Below, piece by piece: positions 38,766 to 49,994 of a DNA stretch of 64,000 nt. Both the position numbers and the translations under genes were made by a program. Below the pieces are notes generated by a model. That model was not told where the DNA came from. It saw only the letters and a list, made by a program, of their open reading frames with translations, and did not search any database. Source of the DNA: Raillietiella orientalis. Its lineage: Eukaryota. The stretch's first letter is position 1, and each line of letters starts with the position of its first letter. The stretch is taken from contig JAYWIR010000001.1 of NCBI GenBank assembly GCA_036172245.1, forward strand, positions 8,122,001 through 8,186,000, given 5' to 3'.

Positions 38766-39899
38766 AGCCTTCTGTAAGCAGTCTACCACTCTTTAGCGAT
38801 CGTTTAGTCGCTCAGCGGAATGAGGAGGTTCTTGAGTAGCTTCACGTGGGGAACCCCTGGCGGAACCAGCCAGTCCGTCCTTGCACGACGCACCCACTGA
38901 GTTGTCCAGGCACCTCGTCTCGACGTCCGCGACTGCTCTTCGTTCCCTGAAGAAGGTCGCATTCAGCGTCTCGCAGCTCAATGTAGCTTAAGCGGGGGCC
39001 GATGCCGCGAGGAGTCACGATGGTGATGGAGCCCAGGCTAGCAGAGACCCCCATTCCGTCAGTGATCTCCTTCTCTAGCATGATTACGAGGTGATTGCAT
39101 CTTATACGTCAGGAGGAGGAACTTGCTGGCATCATGGAAAGTTTGCAGGAGACTCCAGAGTGGTATCTTTCATACTTTCTCTTGCTCCGCCAACATTCTG
39201 AACCCTCTGAAGTTGGAGCTTTATGTATTGATTTGTTTTTAGCTCATTGCCCTTTCTCTTCACTTTTTCCTGTGGAAGCTCCTGGCAAACTGCCCTCGAG
39301 AAGTGACTTCCTCTGTTTGTTCAATTCGGCTGTCTTATTAGCATTAATTGAACAACAAATGTGCGAGCGTGACCGTGTGATGGCATGTTCGTTTTTTGTC
39401 CCACCTGAGGACGAGAGCGGGTATTCAGCGTGCGCCCTCCGTCTCCAGGGGTGCGCCAGCTGCCTGAGCGTGGAAGCCACGTTAGGCTTTGCACATTTTC
39501 TCTACTTGTTTCCTCTCTCTGGAAGACGTGGCTTCAAGTGCTCTCTGGAATGAGTTCGGTTTGGCACCTGGCTTGCACATGTGCCGCTGCTGATTGCTTG
39601 CAGCACGTGCAACCGATTTCCTAGCACAAAACAGGGTCCAGAGATCCACTTCATAGCAACGCAAAATGACAATTTCCGTGCAGGCATTACGAAAGGCTTA
39701 AGTCGTACGTGTTTATGCAAGAACTCGGTGATTTTCATGTGCATGGGCTCCTTAAAACTTCACTGTTCCATACTTTTCATGGGAGGTGCTCGTTTCTGAC
39801 TAGTTTTTTTGTTGCTTCTATCATCATGAATGCAACGAGATGCACGCAATACTTCTGTTTCTCTTGTTCTTTGTATCCGATTGCCCTTGGCTTCCCAGA

Positions 39900-40420
39900 T
39901 GTGTATCGTAGATCACGATATCAGGTTGCTTTCCCTTTTCAATTTGAATTACTTCAAACCTAATAAAGTGGTTTCTATGGCAAACGCAAACAAGCACGGA
40001 ATCGACCGATACTCGAAATTTCAAGAGGAAACCGTGGGCTTACTCAACACTGCGTGGGGACAGAGAGTCAGGCAAGATTTTGCTTCAGATTCCTTGATGC
40101 TGAGCACAAATCTCTGTCAAACCACAGCAAGGATACACCTCCGCTTCCTGCTTCCTCTAGAAGTCCGGCAAGAGACAACAAGTGGCCTGTCCGCGGAATG
40201 GCCCCTAAAAACGTGGCGTTCATCCTAAATCGGATGATGACTGGGCAGCAGTGCTTGGGATGTTTTTCCGCTTCATCAATACGTCTTTGTATTTGATCCA
40301 TTTGATGGAGAAGCATGTACATGTGTTTCCAAACTACAAACAGTCTCGAAATGGAAAATTTGAACGCTGCGTTAGGACGACGCTGTATATTGGCATGTCC
40401 GGAAGAAAAAACTCTTATAC
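39900..40420 (+). mobile_element. Penelope-like thumb/GIY-YIG relic
   Basis: YFKPNKVVSM..HGIDRYSKFQEETVGLLN, then KFERCVRTTLYIGMSGRK (YIG motif). Confidence 0.45.
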
Positions 40421-40551
40421 TACATACACTACATCTTATTTACTCGACAGCAGTAGATCGGATTATCTTAACTTCTATTGTTTTTTTTTTTTGTTTTTTT
40501 TAAAGGCCAGTAGCGACCCTCACGAGGAGATCGTTACTATTGGCCTAGGAC

Positions 40552-42916
40552 GATGGAAATCCTTGGGTTCATCTTTTTTCTTCTGTATGCTGTTTTTCTT
40601 TCAGCTTTTTTTTTAAGAGTTTTCTTTTTTTTGGTTCTCTAAGTACCTCAGAGCCGGTCGCGTGCCTCGCGGTGCACGTGGCTCTTTTTGAACATTAAAC
40701 ACACTGTTTTGTTTCCATGCCTCTCCGCCCGCGGCAACCCGTAGGGGGACGTGTAATTCTTCAGAATAGGGGGCACCCCGGGATTGGGGCCCGCCCTATG
40801 AATCCAGGAAGCCCTTTGGGGCAGAGGTAGGCCCCGAGTCCGTTTGAAGGACTTGTGTGCCCCTCGTCGCGATGGAGGACTCGGCCTCCTCACTCTGGAG
40901 CGCCTCGAACTGCAGCTGCAGTTCAGGACTCTAGCTCTAGTAGCGAAGCTATGGAGCACCAGCTGGTGCGAGCCTGCACGACGCCTGGTTCAGCGAGCTA
41001 GCGGCTGCGCGGGACTGTCTACCTTCCTAGCGCGCCGCAAACGCCGGTACCTGTTCCACTGCGGACTGGCACTTCGGCAAGTGGCGAAGCTGACCAGAAC
41101 GAACACCTGGATCTCCTGCCGGCCCGCGAACGGTACGTCCTGGCTGCAGGAAAGCCTTCGCACGTGGGCCCAGATCGAGGAAGCGAGCCCGGAGTTGCGG
41201 CAGCGAATGCTGCTCTCCTATCACAAGAACCGCTCGCTGCAGGACATCATCGTGCAGCCCACCTTGAGTGCGTGGGCTGAGAGGACCTCCCTTGTCGCGG
41301 CTCTGTCCCACCTCAGGGAGCACCTGGGCAGTAGCCAGCCGGCGAAATGGGAAGTCCAGTATCTCTGGAAGAGAGAAAGAGCAAGGTGGTTGGACCACGG
41401 GCCAGTTGACAGACGCTGCGACCCCAAGTGCCCCACCGAAAGGACTATTGCGCTGAGGCGTGCTGCTGAGCATCCCCATGGATGTACTCGAGTGGCCCCC
41501 GGTGCTGAAGACTACCCGGGCCCTCCCCCTGAAGTGGCAGGAGTCGGCGTTCCTGGTGTTGCACTGGGGACTCCCCAGCAACGCCCGCCGTTCTCACTGG
41601 ACGAGGGGGGCTGTAGACCCAAATTGTGTCAGGTGCGGGGAACGAGAAACCCTTTCACACCTGCTTCTTGACTGTGTTGCCCTCCGGCCCCTGTGGTTGC
41701 GTTTCGCAACGGCCCTAGGGGCACCCACGATCAACCTTAGAGACGTTCTGACGCGCCTCTTTGTGCGTGACGCCCTTCCGCCTGCCGCAGCCCTTGTAGC
41801 CCTCTGCTTCCTACGAGGGACTGTGGCGGCCTGGAGCACCGCCACTGGTGGACCGAACGACAGAGACATCATCTGCTCCGCCCTGCGCTTCCTGAGGACG
41901 GCAGCCAGATGGTCCCATTTGGGACGTATGCGGACTGAACTTGCCGGCATCCTGGTAAGGATGTAGAGGACGACCCCAGAGGAACGTGATCCCTTCCCCA
42001 ACCCCTCCCTGCTTTTGTAAATAGTGTTTTCTCTTTGTTTTTATTTGTCCTTTTCCTTTCCGCTGCCGAGTCGAACTCGCCAGCCTGCATGCTGGCTACT
42101 CGGCAAGTTCAGATTCTTCATTAGAACATTTTTTAGGACGCTGTAGGGGCAATAGCCCTACACTTGCTTGTTTGTTTTTACTAGAAAAATAAACGCCCCG
42201 GCGCACCCGGGTGTAAAAGGAAGGGCTCGGAGTCCGTTCCTCTCACGCACCTCCCACCCTGGTTGTCTCCGAAGGAGAACCCCGAAGGGAATCTCCTGCC
42301 TCATTCGCTCCGGAGGGATACCCTCCGTAATGGGGGTGGTCCTCTCCATTTCAACTTCTCCGAAGGGAACCCGGAAAGGATCCACTTGTAGGAATTTCTT
42401 CTCCGGAGGGAACCCGCAAGGGAACCGCTCCTGTTCACTCCTCTGAAGAGAATCCCGAAGGGGCGCTGCAGCTTCCCACAGGGGAATCGCTCTCGCTTGC
42501 TTCCTTGTGCACTCTGTGAAGGGGTGACGACTCGGAGGGTCCTCCCCGCAACAGGGAGGGTCTGCTCCTTTGAACAACTGGAGAGGTGCCCGTGAGGGCT
42601 TCTGCTCCATCTTGAAACCGGAGGGGTCCCCCAGTGGGGGCTCCGCTCTCCGTTGTACGACCGGAGGGGGAACTCCCCACTCCTTTATTCCTTGGAAGAC
42701 CCGAAGGTCAATTTCCCATTGTTGCGGCGTTCATCGGGGGCCTCCGGCTTAATCCACCGTCGGTGCCACGCCCGAATGATTAGGCCAACCAGCGCCGCTG
42801 CAGGAGAAACTCGGAATCCGACGACGCAGTGGCGTCAGAGTTTCTGCCGAAGTATTCGAACCCGCGACGCATGGTGTCACACGCGGAAGCCTTAACCACA
42901 AGGCCTGCGACGCGGG
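40552..42916 (-). mobile_element. tRNA-derived SINE-like element copy split by LINE 40812-42217
   Basis: 40552-40811 matches 49082-49370 and 42218-42916 matches 49365-49994; B-box at 42852-42863. Confidence 0.82.
40812..42217 (+). mobile_element. 5'-truncated L1/Tx1 LINE inserted into a SINE copy
   Basis: TSD aggaag (40806-40811 / 42218-42223); the uninterrupted SINE site atccaggaagggctcgg is seen at 49361. CAPRRDGGLGL, CVRCGERETLSHLLLDC; least decayed copy. Confidence 0.93.
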
Positions 42917-43759
42917 CCTTCTATTAGTTTTGATGCTGCTACCAAGCGTGCATGACATTCAGGAGAAGGTGACACTGATGTCTCGTTCTTATCTGAATGA
43001 ATTCCATGGACGAATCACTAAAGCACTAGCAGCCAGTCCTGTTTCCCGGAAATATCCAGGTGGCAGTATAACAGCACGTATCTGTGACATCAGTGGCGTA
43101 GATGCTTGCTTCTCGGGGCAGAAAAAGGAGTCAGTGTGTTGATATCCTTGAAACAGACCTTTGGTTTTTCGAGCACTGTTCATCACAACCTGCCAGATGG
43201 GACGGCGATTCGAGCAGCGATCACAGCACATCATCGAAGAAAAACTACGGGTGCGCTGTGATTCAGTGGGACCCACAAATTTTGGGTCTGCGCAAGTTCC
43301 ACGAATTAACGATTTCGTCGTCCTCATGCGGGTTTCGTGGTTTGGCGGACCCTTTTGGTCACGTGCTGAGCGCCAAGGCACCAACGCGGAACGCCTGGAG
43401 AGAGAGGAACGGAAACATCTTGAACCACACTCCCAGTGATGAACCGCCCTGGACAGATCGGTAGCGATCCACCTCAGATGCACGTCTATCGATTTGTCCT
43501 CGGCTGGAGGAAGCGAATCCCTTCTATTCACTCCTTTTTTTCATTGATGGCTTGAGTAGACGGAAGACCAAGGCTGCATTCGTCAATTACAATTCCACCT
43601 TTCTGTCGCCACCGAGCACCATCAGCTCCAGGAGGTTGCCAGGGCACACTAGGAGTCGTTAAAGTTTTTTAACGACCGTATTGGGCGGCTTTTACCATCC
43701 TACCTTAGTTGTATCTGAGGGTAACTTCATACCCTTTTGCGACAACTGCAGTGCCTGTA

Positions 43760-44800
43760 AACAAGAAATGGTTTAGGTGTGGGCAGAAAGGCCCGAGCGA
43801 TCCCGATGCTGGCGATTCTAGAACTAAGTTCGCTGTCCGTTGCAGGAAATCGTGGATTACACAAAGAAGACTACTCGGGCCCTCAACACCCCTTTGGAGA
43901 CACGCTGAACACATTTGAACAATGTGGACATAACGATGTCCTTGCAGGATGGGAAGCATCCTGCGAGATTGTCAGAAAGAAGCAGCTGGGATGCTTGACG
44001 GCGCGTCACCTGGCCAGATGCATGTATCCTGGCCGTCCTTCTCGAAGGAACTTTTCTCCGGACAAAACTCGTGGACATCCTTCTTACAAAAGCACCGAGG
44101 TGACAGCTCCACTCTTCCCCTGGAGCGACAGGCCTCGTCTTTGGAGTTGTTGCTTTGGACGATCGTATGCATTGCACGAGTCCACCATTGGACGAGAAGG
44201 AGTGCAGCCCGAGACTGTGGAAGGTGCAAGGAACGGCAAAGCTTCCCGCAACTGTTGTCGGATTGTGTTGCCCTCCTGAAAGTCTGGGAGCGCTGACCTT
44301 CCCATTCCCGATGGGCGAGACACAGAGGTCTTGCCGGCACCTTTTCGGAACGATTCGATGCAGCTTTGTGCTGTCTTCGTGGGATCGACGCAGCAGAAAG
44401 CCACGCCGAAAGAGGCCATTCGAACGGTGGGTCATCCAATCGTCTTCTCTTTCGTGAGAAAGGCGACAAGATGGCCACATCTCTGCCCACAAGAGGGAGA
44501 AGTTGCCTACTACTCCAGAGGATGCTGAGGACGCCAGGAAATCCCTTCCCTTTCCTTCCCAACACATTTTTAAACTGAACTTTTCTTTTTTCTTCCCCTC
44601 TAGTTTACTCCTTGCCCCACTATTATTGCGCGAACTTCATTGGGGGAGCTGCTCACGAGAGGCAGCACCCCTGAGGCACTTTTCTCCGCAGTGCTGATGT
44701 AAAGCCACCACGAAGGAAAACATTTTTATACACAATAAGTAAGTTTTTTTGTAACTTTTTTTTTAAAAAAAAATAAACGCTCTTTTGTGGCAGGATAAAA
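43760..44800 (+). mobile_element. L1/Tx1 3' part, decayed
   Basis: RDCGRCKERQSFPQLLSDCVALLKVW; VRKATRWPHL; ends aataaacgctcttttgtggcaggataaaa. Confidence 0.75.
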
Positions 44801-47064
44801 ATCTCCTCCCGATCCACTCAAAGGAACCTTGGAGCGATGTCTCTGTTCCAGGGTGGACAAGAACGACAGAAACAGGAGGTACTTGTCGTAGCCCGGCGCG
44901 ACAAACGTGCTGAGCACGAAATCTGCAAGGCCTCAAGATTCCCTCCGTATGCCCTCAGCCCAGATCTGAAGTACGTGCTGGAGTGCAGGGGGATCCTACT
45001 GTCTTTTGTGTTCTGCTCTCCCTCTCTTGCCGCTGACAGTCGCACACGTGCTCGCGGATGCAAAAGAAAACGTTTGGGTACGCATGGCACAGGCGCAAAT
45101 GCTTTCGGTACAGGAAGACTCTTGATGCGGGGAACCAGGTAAAAATGCCCTTATGCGACACAGACCCTGGTCCTCGTATCTGCCACGCCGTTTTCGCAGA
45201 ACTCAGGAAGGTAAACACCTAAGCATAGCACCTTTCCACTGCGAGTTTCGCCTCGGGGAGCGCCGCTGCCCTAATCAATGTCCTGCATCAGGGGTTCGGC
45301 GCGAAAGGAGTCAGTGATGTCCCTCACTACTAGGAACGTGGAGAAATGCCAAATCAGGATGCAGACGATGATTAAGGAGAAGCCACTGCACTACCACGAA
45401 GAAAAAAAATCCATTCCTCGAGAAAAGCATCCTCACTGCTCCGACTTGAGCTCTCGCTGGACGGAAGCCACTCCCACTGGTCTTCCTCCTTCCCCTAGCG
45501 CTGGCTTTCCAGTGTTCAGTGTGGCAGCTGGAGATACACATCTTCGAGGGCTCTTTGAGAAACCTCTGCAACTTCCCAATTTTACCTCCCGCACTTGCTC
45601 GTGGTGACTGTCCTTCCGTGCTACATGAGGAAGACGTGACGCGACGTAGTGGAAACACCGGGTCTTCCGCAAAGGACTTCCTGCTGGTTTCCTGGCTTCC
45701 GGTGTGGTCATTGTGCTACTCGTGAGTCCACTCTTTGGAGGTGGCCTTAGTCCGCCGCTTGTTGAACAGTTCCTCCTTGTTTAGAAATTGATCACGTCGG
45801 AACGTTTGCTCGAACGCACACTGACGCGCCTTGGGGTCACGATGACTCGAGGAGCGCAGACATGAAGCCCGGTAGCAAGAGAAAGACGCTCTGGAGATAA
45901 ATAAGCAAAGAGCGACAGAGGGAGATGCGAATGAGGAAGCACACGATACGAAGGGACGTCAGGCGCGAATGTTCCTTGTCTGTGGGAAGTGACGACAGCA
46001 AGGTCACCGGGTGTCCAAGCTTGAGCGTTTGCAATTACCTTCCCACGTTCCGCGTCACGTCCTTTTCAATTCCAGGACGAAGAAAAGTGCTGGTTGCTAC
46101 CCACCATGTCGTGGACGGGGCAAAGTGTTTCTCCGCCGCGCGACGACTCAAACGGGACAGCCTTATGCGTCTCAGCACCGCCAGCGGTTTGGTGCTCCGG
46201 ACCCCAAGCGGCGCAAAGAACTCCTCAGAAGTCCCCTTCAGATGTAGATCTGTTGCCACTCGCTGCGGAGCAAATGCCAACATCGAAGCAAGTACGCATG
46301 GACGATTCTGTCTAGAGAACAGAACTCGCGGAAGCGTTCCCTCCCATCGTTGGAGTTGCAGTGGGCTGTCTGGAAGACTTTGGCGCGAAAGGTGTGGAGC
46401 AGTGGGTTTTCACTACAAGGAAGAGCTCTGCATTTCCCAGGAGGGTGTTGAAGAAATCACTAGTACCACAAATGTGGTATCCCGGGAAATATCGAAATTT
46501 TATGCGTAACAGCGCGGTTTGTGAGCGCGAACACCTGGCGTCGTGGGCTCAAGTTCTCGCACCCTCCGTCCACTTATCGATTCACCAGGAGCTGCCATGC
46601 AGCGGGAAACCACCCATCCAATCGGATACTGCCTTTGCGCTCCCGTATGGTGAAGCAGGGAAGAAAGGGAAGCAACGGAGGGTCGGGTCCACTTCTCGGA
46701 GTTCTGTCGCACCTCCAGGAGGGCACAATTCCACCGGGACCGAGCAGAACGAGGATGTTTTGCTTGACACGTGTACAGGCATCCACCACTGCCTGTCGCC
46801 GCCACACATCCCATGTTGCTCCGTAGCTTGACGGCGCGTCGAAACAGGCAACTATCTGGAACACCTTTGTCGCCTGTGCTCTTGCTCCTGCTCCTCGTTC
46901 TTCGCTTGCCCGCACCCTCACTCGGTGAGGATCCGGGGCACAATGCCTCCTTCGGAAATGCCGCCCCGTGGGGAGCTGCAGAGTAGCAGATCCTCCCGGA
47001 AGATTCGGTGACGTCACACTAGAATGCCGTTGGCCTGCACTTTTTTCCAGTGAATACCACGTTT

Positions 47065-47260
47065 GCAACGTCCTTGTGCTCGCACTGGTGGAGGTGCATC
47101 TGCGGACTCCGTTGGTGGTACCAAAGAGTTGCAGGTTCGAATCCTCACGTGGAGGATCGACGCCAGTGAAATGGATGAGCAGTGGGTTTCGAGTCCCACT
47201 GCAGGATGACGCTGGTTGGCTTGTAGGCTAAGGGTGAGGCACTGGTTGACTCCCGGTCAC
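47065..47260 (+). mobile_element. Diverged SINE head fragment
   Basis: gtggtacc..ggttcgaatcc (47134-47144)..gacgccagtg..caggatgacgctggttggc..ggcactgg, colinear with the other heads. Confidence 0.65.
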
Positions 47261-47859
47261 GACGAGGCATTTATTTTTAAAATAAACACATATCTGTGTA
47301 AAAATGCTTGATCCTGCCACGTTAGTCATAACTACGAGGAGGAAGCTGTCGGGAACTGGCACGCAGGTCAGCAGGGTTCTCCGCGGCAGCAGAGGGGCGG
47401 AAAGAAGATCGAAAAGAAAAAGAACATAAAAAAAAAACATGCAGTCAAAAAAAATGGGAGGAAGGGAGCGTTCCGAAAGAGATCACTGTATACTGGAGGA
47501 TGCCCTTTGTATCCTATGCAGGATGTCGGTAAGTTCCGGTTTCGAGACTCTCAAGTGGGGTCATCTTGACGATGTTTTTCATTGAGAGGAGAGCAAAATA
47601 GATGGCGCCCTATCGTTCTTGACTCTTCTGGAGTTGCTACATGCAGCTGCAGTCCCACGCGGGCAGCAAAGTGGTGCTGGGGGTGCGTCCGGCATGAGGG
47701 CGTCGTGCAGGAAGAGGCGCTTTCAAACGTCCCTGGGGATGCCGCCGCGGGTTCCAAGGGCCGCGATAAAGCCTAATCAAAGGGGTCTGAAGGCCACACA
47801 GTTCATTAGGAGGTGCGGAAGGGATTCCAACTCCACTCACCTTGCACTGTTCGGGTCCA

Positions 47860-48690
47860 TTCCTTTCACTCAGTGTCCGCAGATGCCGGAGTTGCACGGG
47901 AGTCTCCAGAGCAGCAGCAGCAGCACAGACTCGTGCTACTTCAAGGAGAGGGTGCAGCACTGGCAGAGATCGAAAACCGGATTACCTTGTTGACTGGCCA
48001 GGATTGGAAGTTGACCTCCTGGATCCTTCCAGGACATTACGGAGTCCCAATTTCCTACTGTGTTCCCCTCGGGTTGCGCAAATAGAACCGATCCCCTCCC
48101 TCGGTTGTTACTATCCATGGTGCACCATGGAGCTGGTGGATCTATCCTCTTTAGAGCGTTAGGAAGCGTGCTCCACCTTCGGAGAGCGATCCTTGAGAGA
48201 AAACAGGGAGTCTCTCTTAGAGGGTCTTTTCAAAGGAGACAACAGCAGCGATTCTCTTGCGGGTCTTCTCTGGAGAAGTCACGAGGAGTAGTTCTCTCCA
48301 GAATCCCTCCGATCACAATCAGGAAGAGGTTTCCTTCGAAGCAGCCGTGGGGGAGGGTTCCCTTCGGGGCTCCCTCCCAAGCGTGGAAGGTACGTACTCC
48401 TCCCTTTGGACCCGCTCCTGGATTCCTGATGTGACCCACTCCCGAGGCACTTACCAACTTGTTAAGTTAACACTCCTCCCCTGGTTGGCATGGAACCGTG
48501 TCCAGGGGCATCAAGTAGGGCCACATTTTAAACCCTCTGCTATTCAGCATCTTCGAGTTGGTGCTCAGGATGTACAGGCTGATGCTGGCCTACCTGCCTT
48601 GCACCTACCCGGGCACCCGCCAGCGCGGTCACCTACCCTGACGACTTGTTTCTTTTGACGCCCATGTCCACCCCGGCATCCAGGAAGTGC
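47860..48690 (+). mobile_element. L1/Tx1 RT relic interrupted by SINE-body-like sequence
   Basis: RLVLLQGEG..IENRITLLTGQDWKL, then RGIK*GHILNPLLFSIFELVLR; 48180-48430 carries the SINE-type gaag/ggga motifs. Confidence 0.65.
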
Positions 48691-49081
48691 CGTTCTTGCC
48701 GAGGCGGCAGCTGACTTACCAACGGCTAGTCAGAAAGGAGAAGAAGGACAAAAGGGTGGCGATGGGTTGGAACTTTAGGAAACGAAGGCCTTCTAAAAAA
48801 AGAAAAAAAGGATGAAGCTGCAGCCTGATAACACAACAAAGGAATGAAGAGATCACTCGTCCCACGAGCACCCTCGGAACCCGTCTTTAGCGTCCCTCCC
48901 GAGGGCTGCGGCGTTCCCGCGCACTTGACTGGTCAGTGCGCGACTTCGGGAACGAACCCATGGCAGCTGGGTTAACGGCCTCCTTCCCCAGACGGCTGCT
49001 GCTCTTCACGACTCTGCACTCGCGGCGCTGCCACCAGACCCCGTCCAGAGAACTGTTCTTTTTTTTTTTTTTTCAATTTTA

Positions 49082-49994
49082 GATGGAAATCCTTGGGTTC
49101 TTCTTTTTCTTCTGTCTTTGCTGTTTTCCTTCCAGCTTTTTTTTTTTTTTTTCAAGAGTTTTCTTTTTTTTTCGGTTTGCTAAGTACCTCAGAGCCGGTC
49201 GCGTGCCTCGCGGTGCACGTGGCTCTTTTTTTTTAAACATTAACACACTGTTTTGTTTCCACGCCTCTCCGCCCGCGGCAACCCGCAGAGGGGGAGGGTG
49301 TAATTCTTCAGTGTAATTCTTCAGGATAGGGGGCACCCCGGGATGGGGTCCGCCCTATGAATCCAGGAAGGGCTCGGAGTTCGTTCCTCTCACGCTTGGG
49401 GAAGGATCCCCCCATAGGGGGGGAGGGAAGGATCGCACCTTCCATCCTGGTTCTCTCCGGAGGGACACCCCTCGTTATGGGGTGGTCCTCTCCATTGCAA
49501 CGTCTCCGAAGGGAACCCGGAAAGGATCCGCTTGTAGGAATTTCTTCTCCGGAGGTAACCCGCGAGGGAACCGCTCCTGTTGACGCCTCTGAAGAGAACC
49601 CCGAAGGGACGCTTCGGAAACTCAGAATGGGCGTTGCAGTTTCTCGCAGGGAATCGCTCTCGCTTGCTTCCTTGCACTCCGTAAAGAGGCGACGACTCAG
49701 AGGGTGCCACCGGTGAGGGGAGTCCATTCTCCGTTGTACGACCGCAGGGGGAACTCCCCACTCCTTGGATTCCTGGAAGGACCCGAAGGTCGACTCCCAT
49801 TGTTCCGGCCTTCATCAGGGACCTCCTGGCTTAATCCACCATCGGTGCCACGCCCACTGTCTCAGCCGACCAGCGCCATCTTGCAGGAGAACTTTGGAAC
49901 CCAACGACGCAGTGGCGTCAGTTTCTGCCGTATTCGAACTCCCGACGCATGGTACCACATGCGGAAATCTTAACCACAAGGCCTCCAACGCGGG
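49082..49994 (-). mobile_element. tRNA-derived SINE-like element, most complete copy
   Basis: Minus-strand head ggccttgtggttaag (A-box-like) ...gagttcgaatac (B-box-like), conserved domain of about 200 nt, repetitive body, A-rich tail ending aaggatttccatc. Confidence 0.8.

Noticed and set aside
47065-47160. Functional tRNA genes at the GGTTCGAATCC motifs (also 3096, 42852, 49930, 53821)
   Set aside because: No complete cloverleaf or acceptor stem; each continues into the same repeat body, so these are SINE heads.
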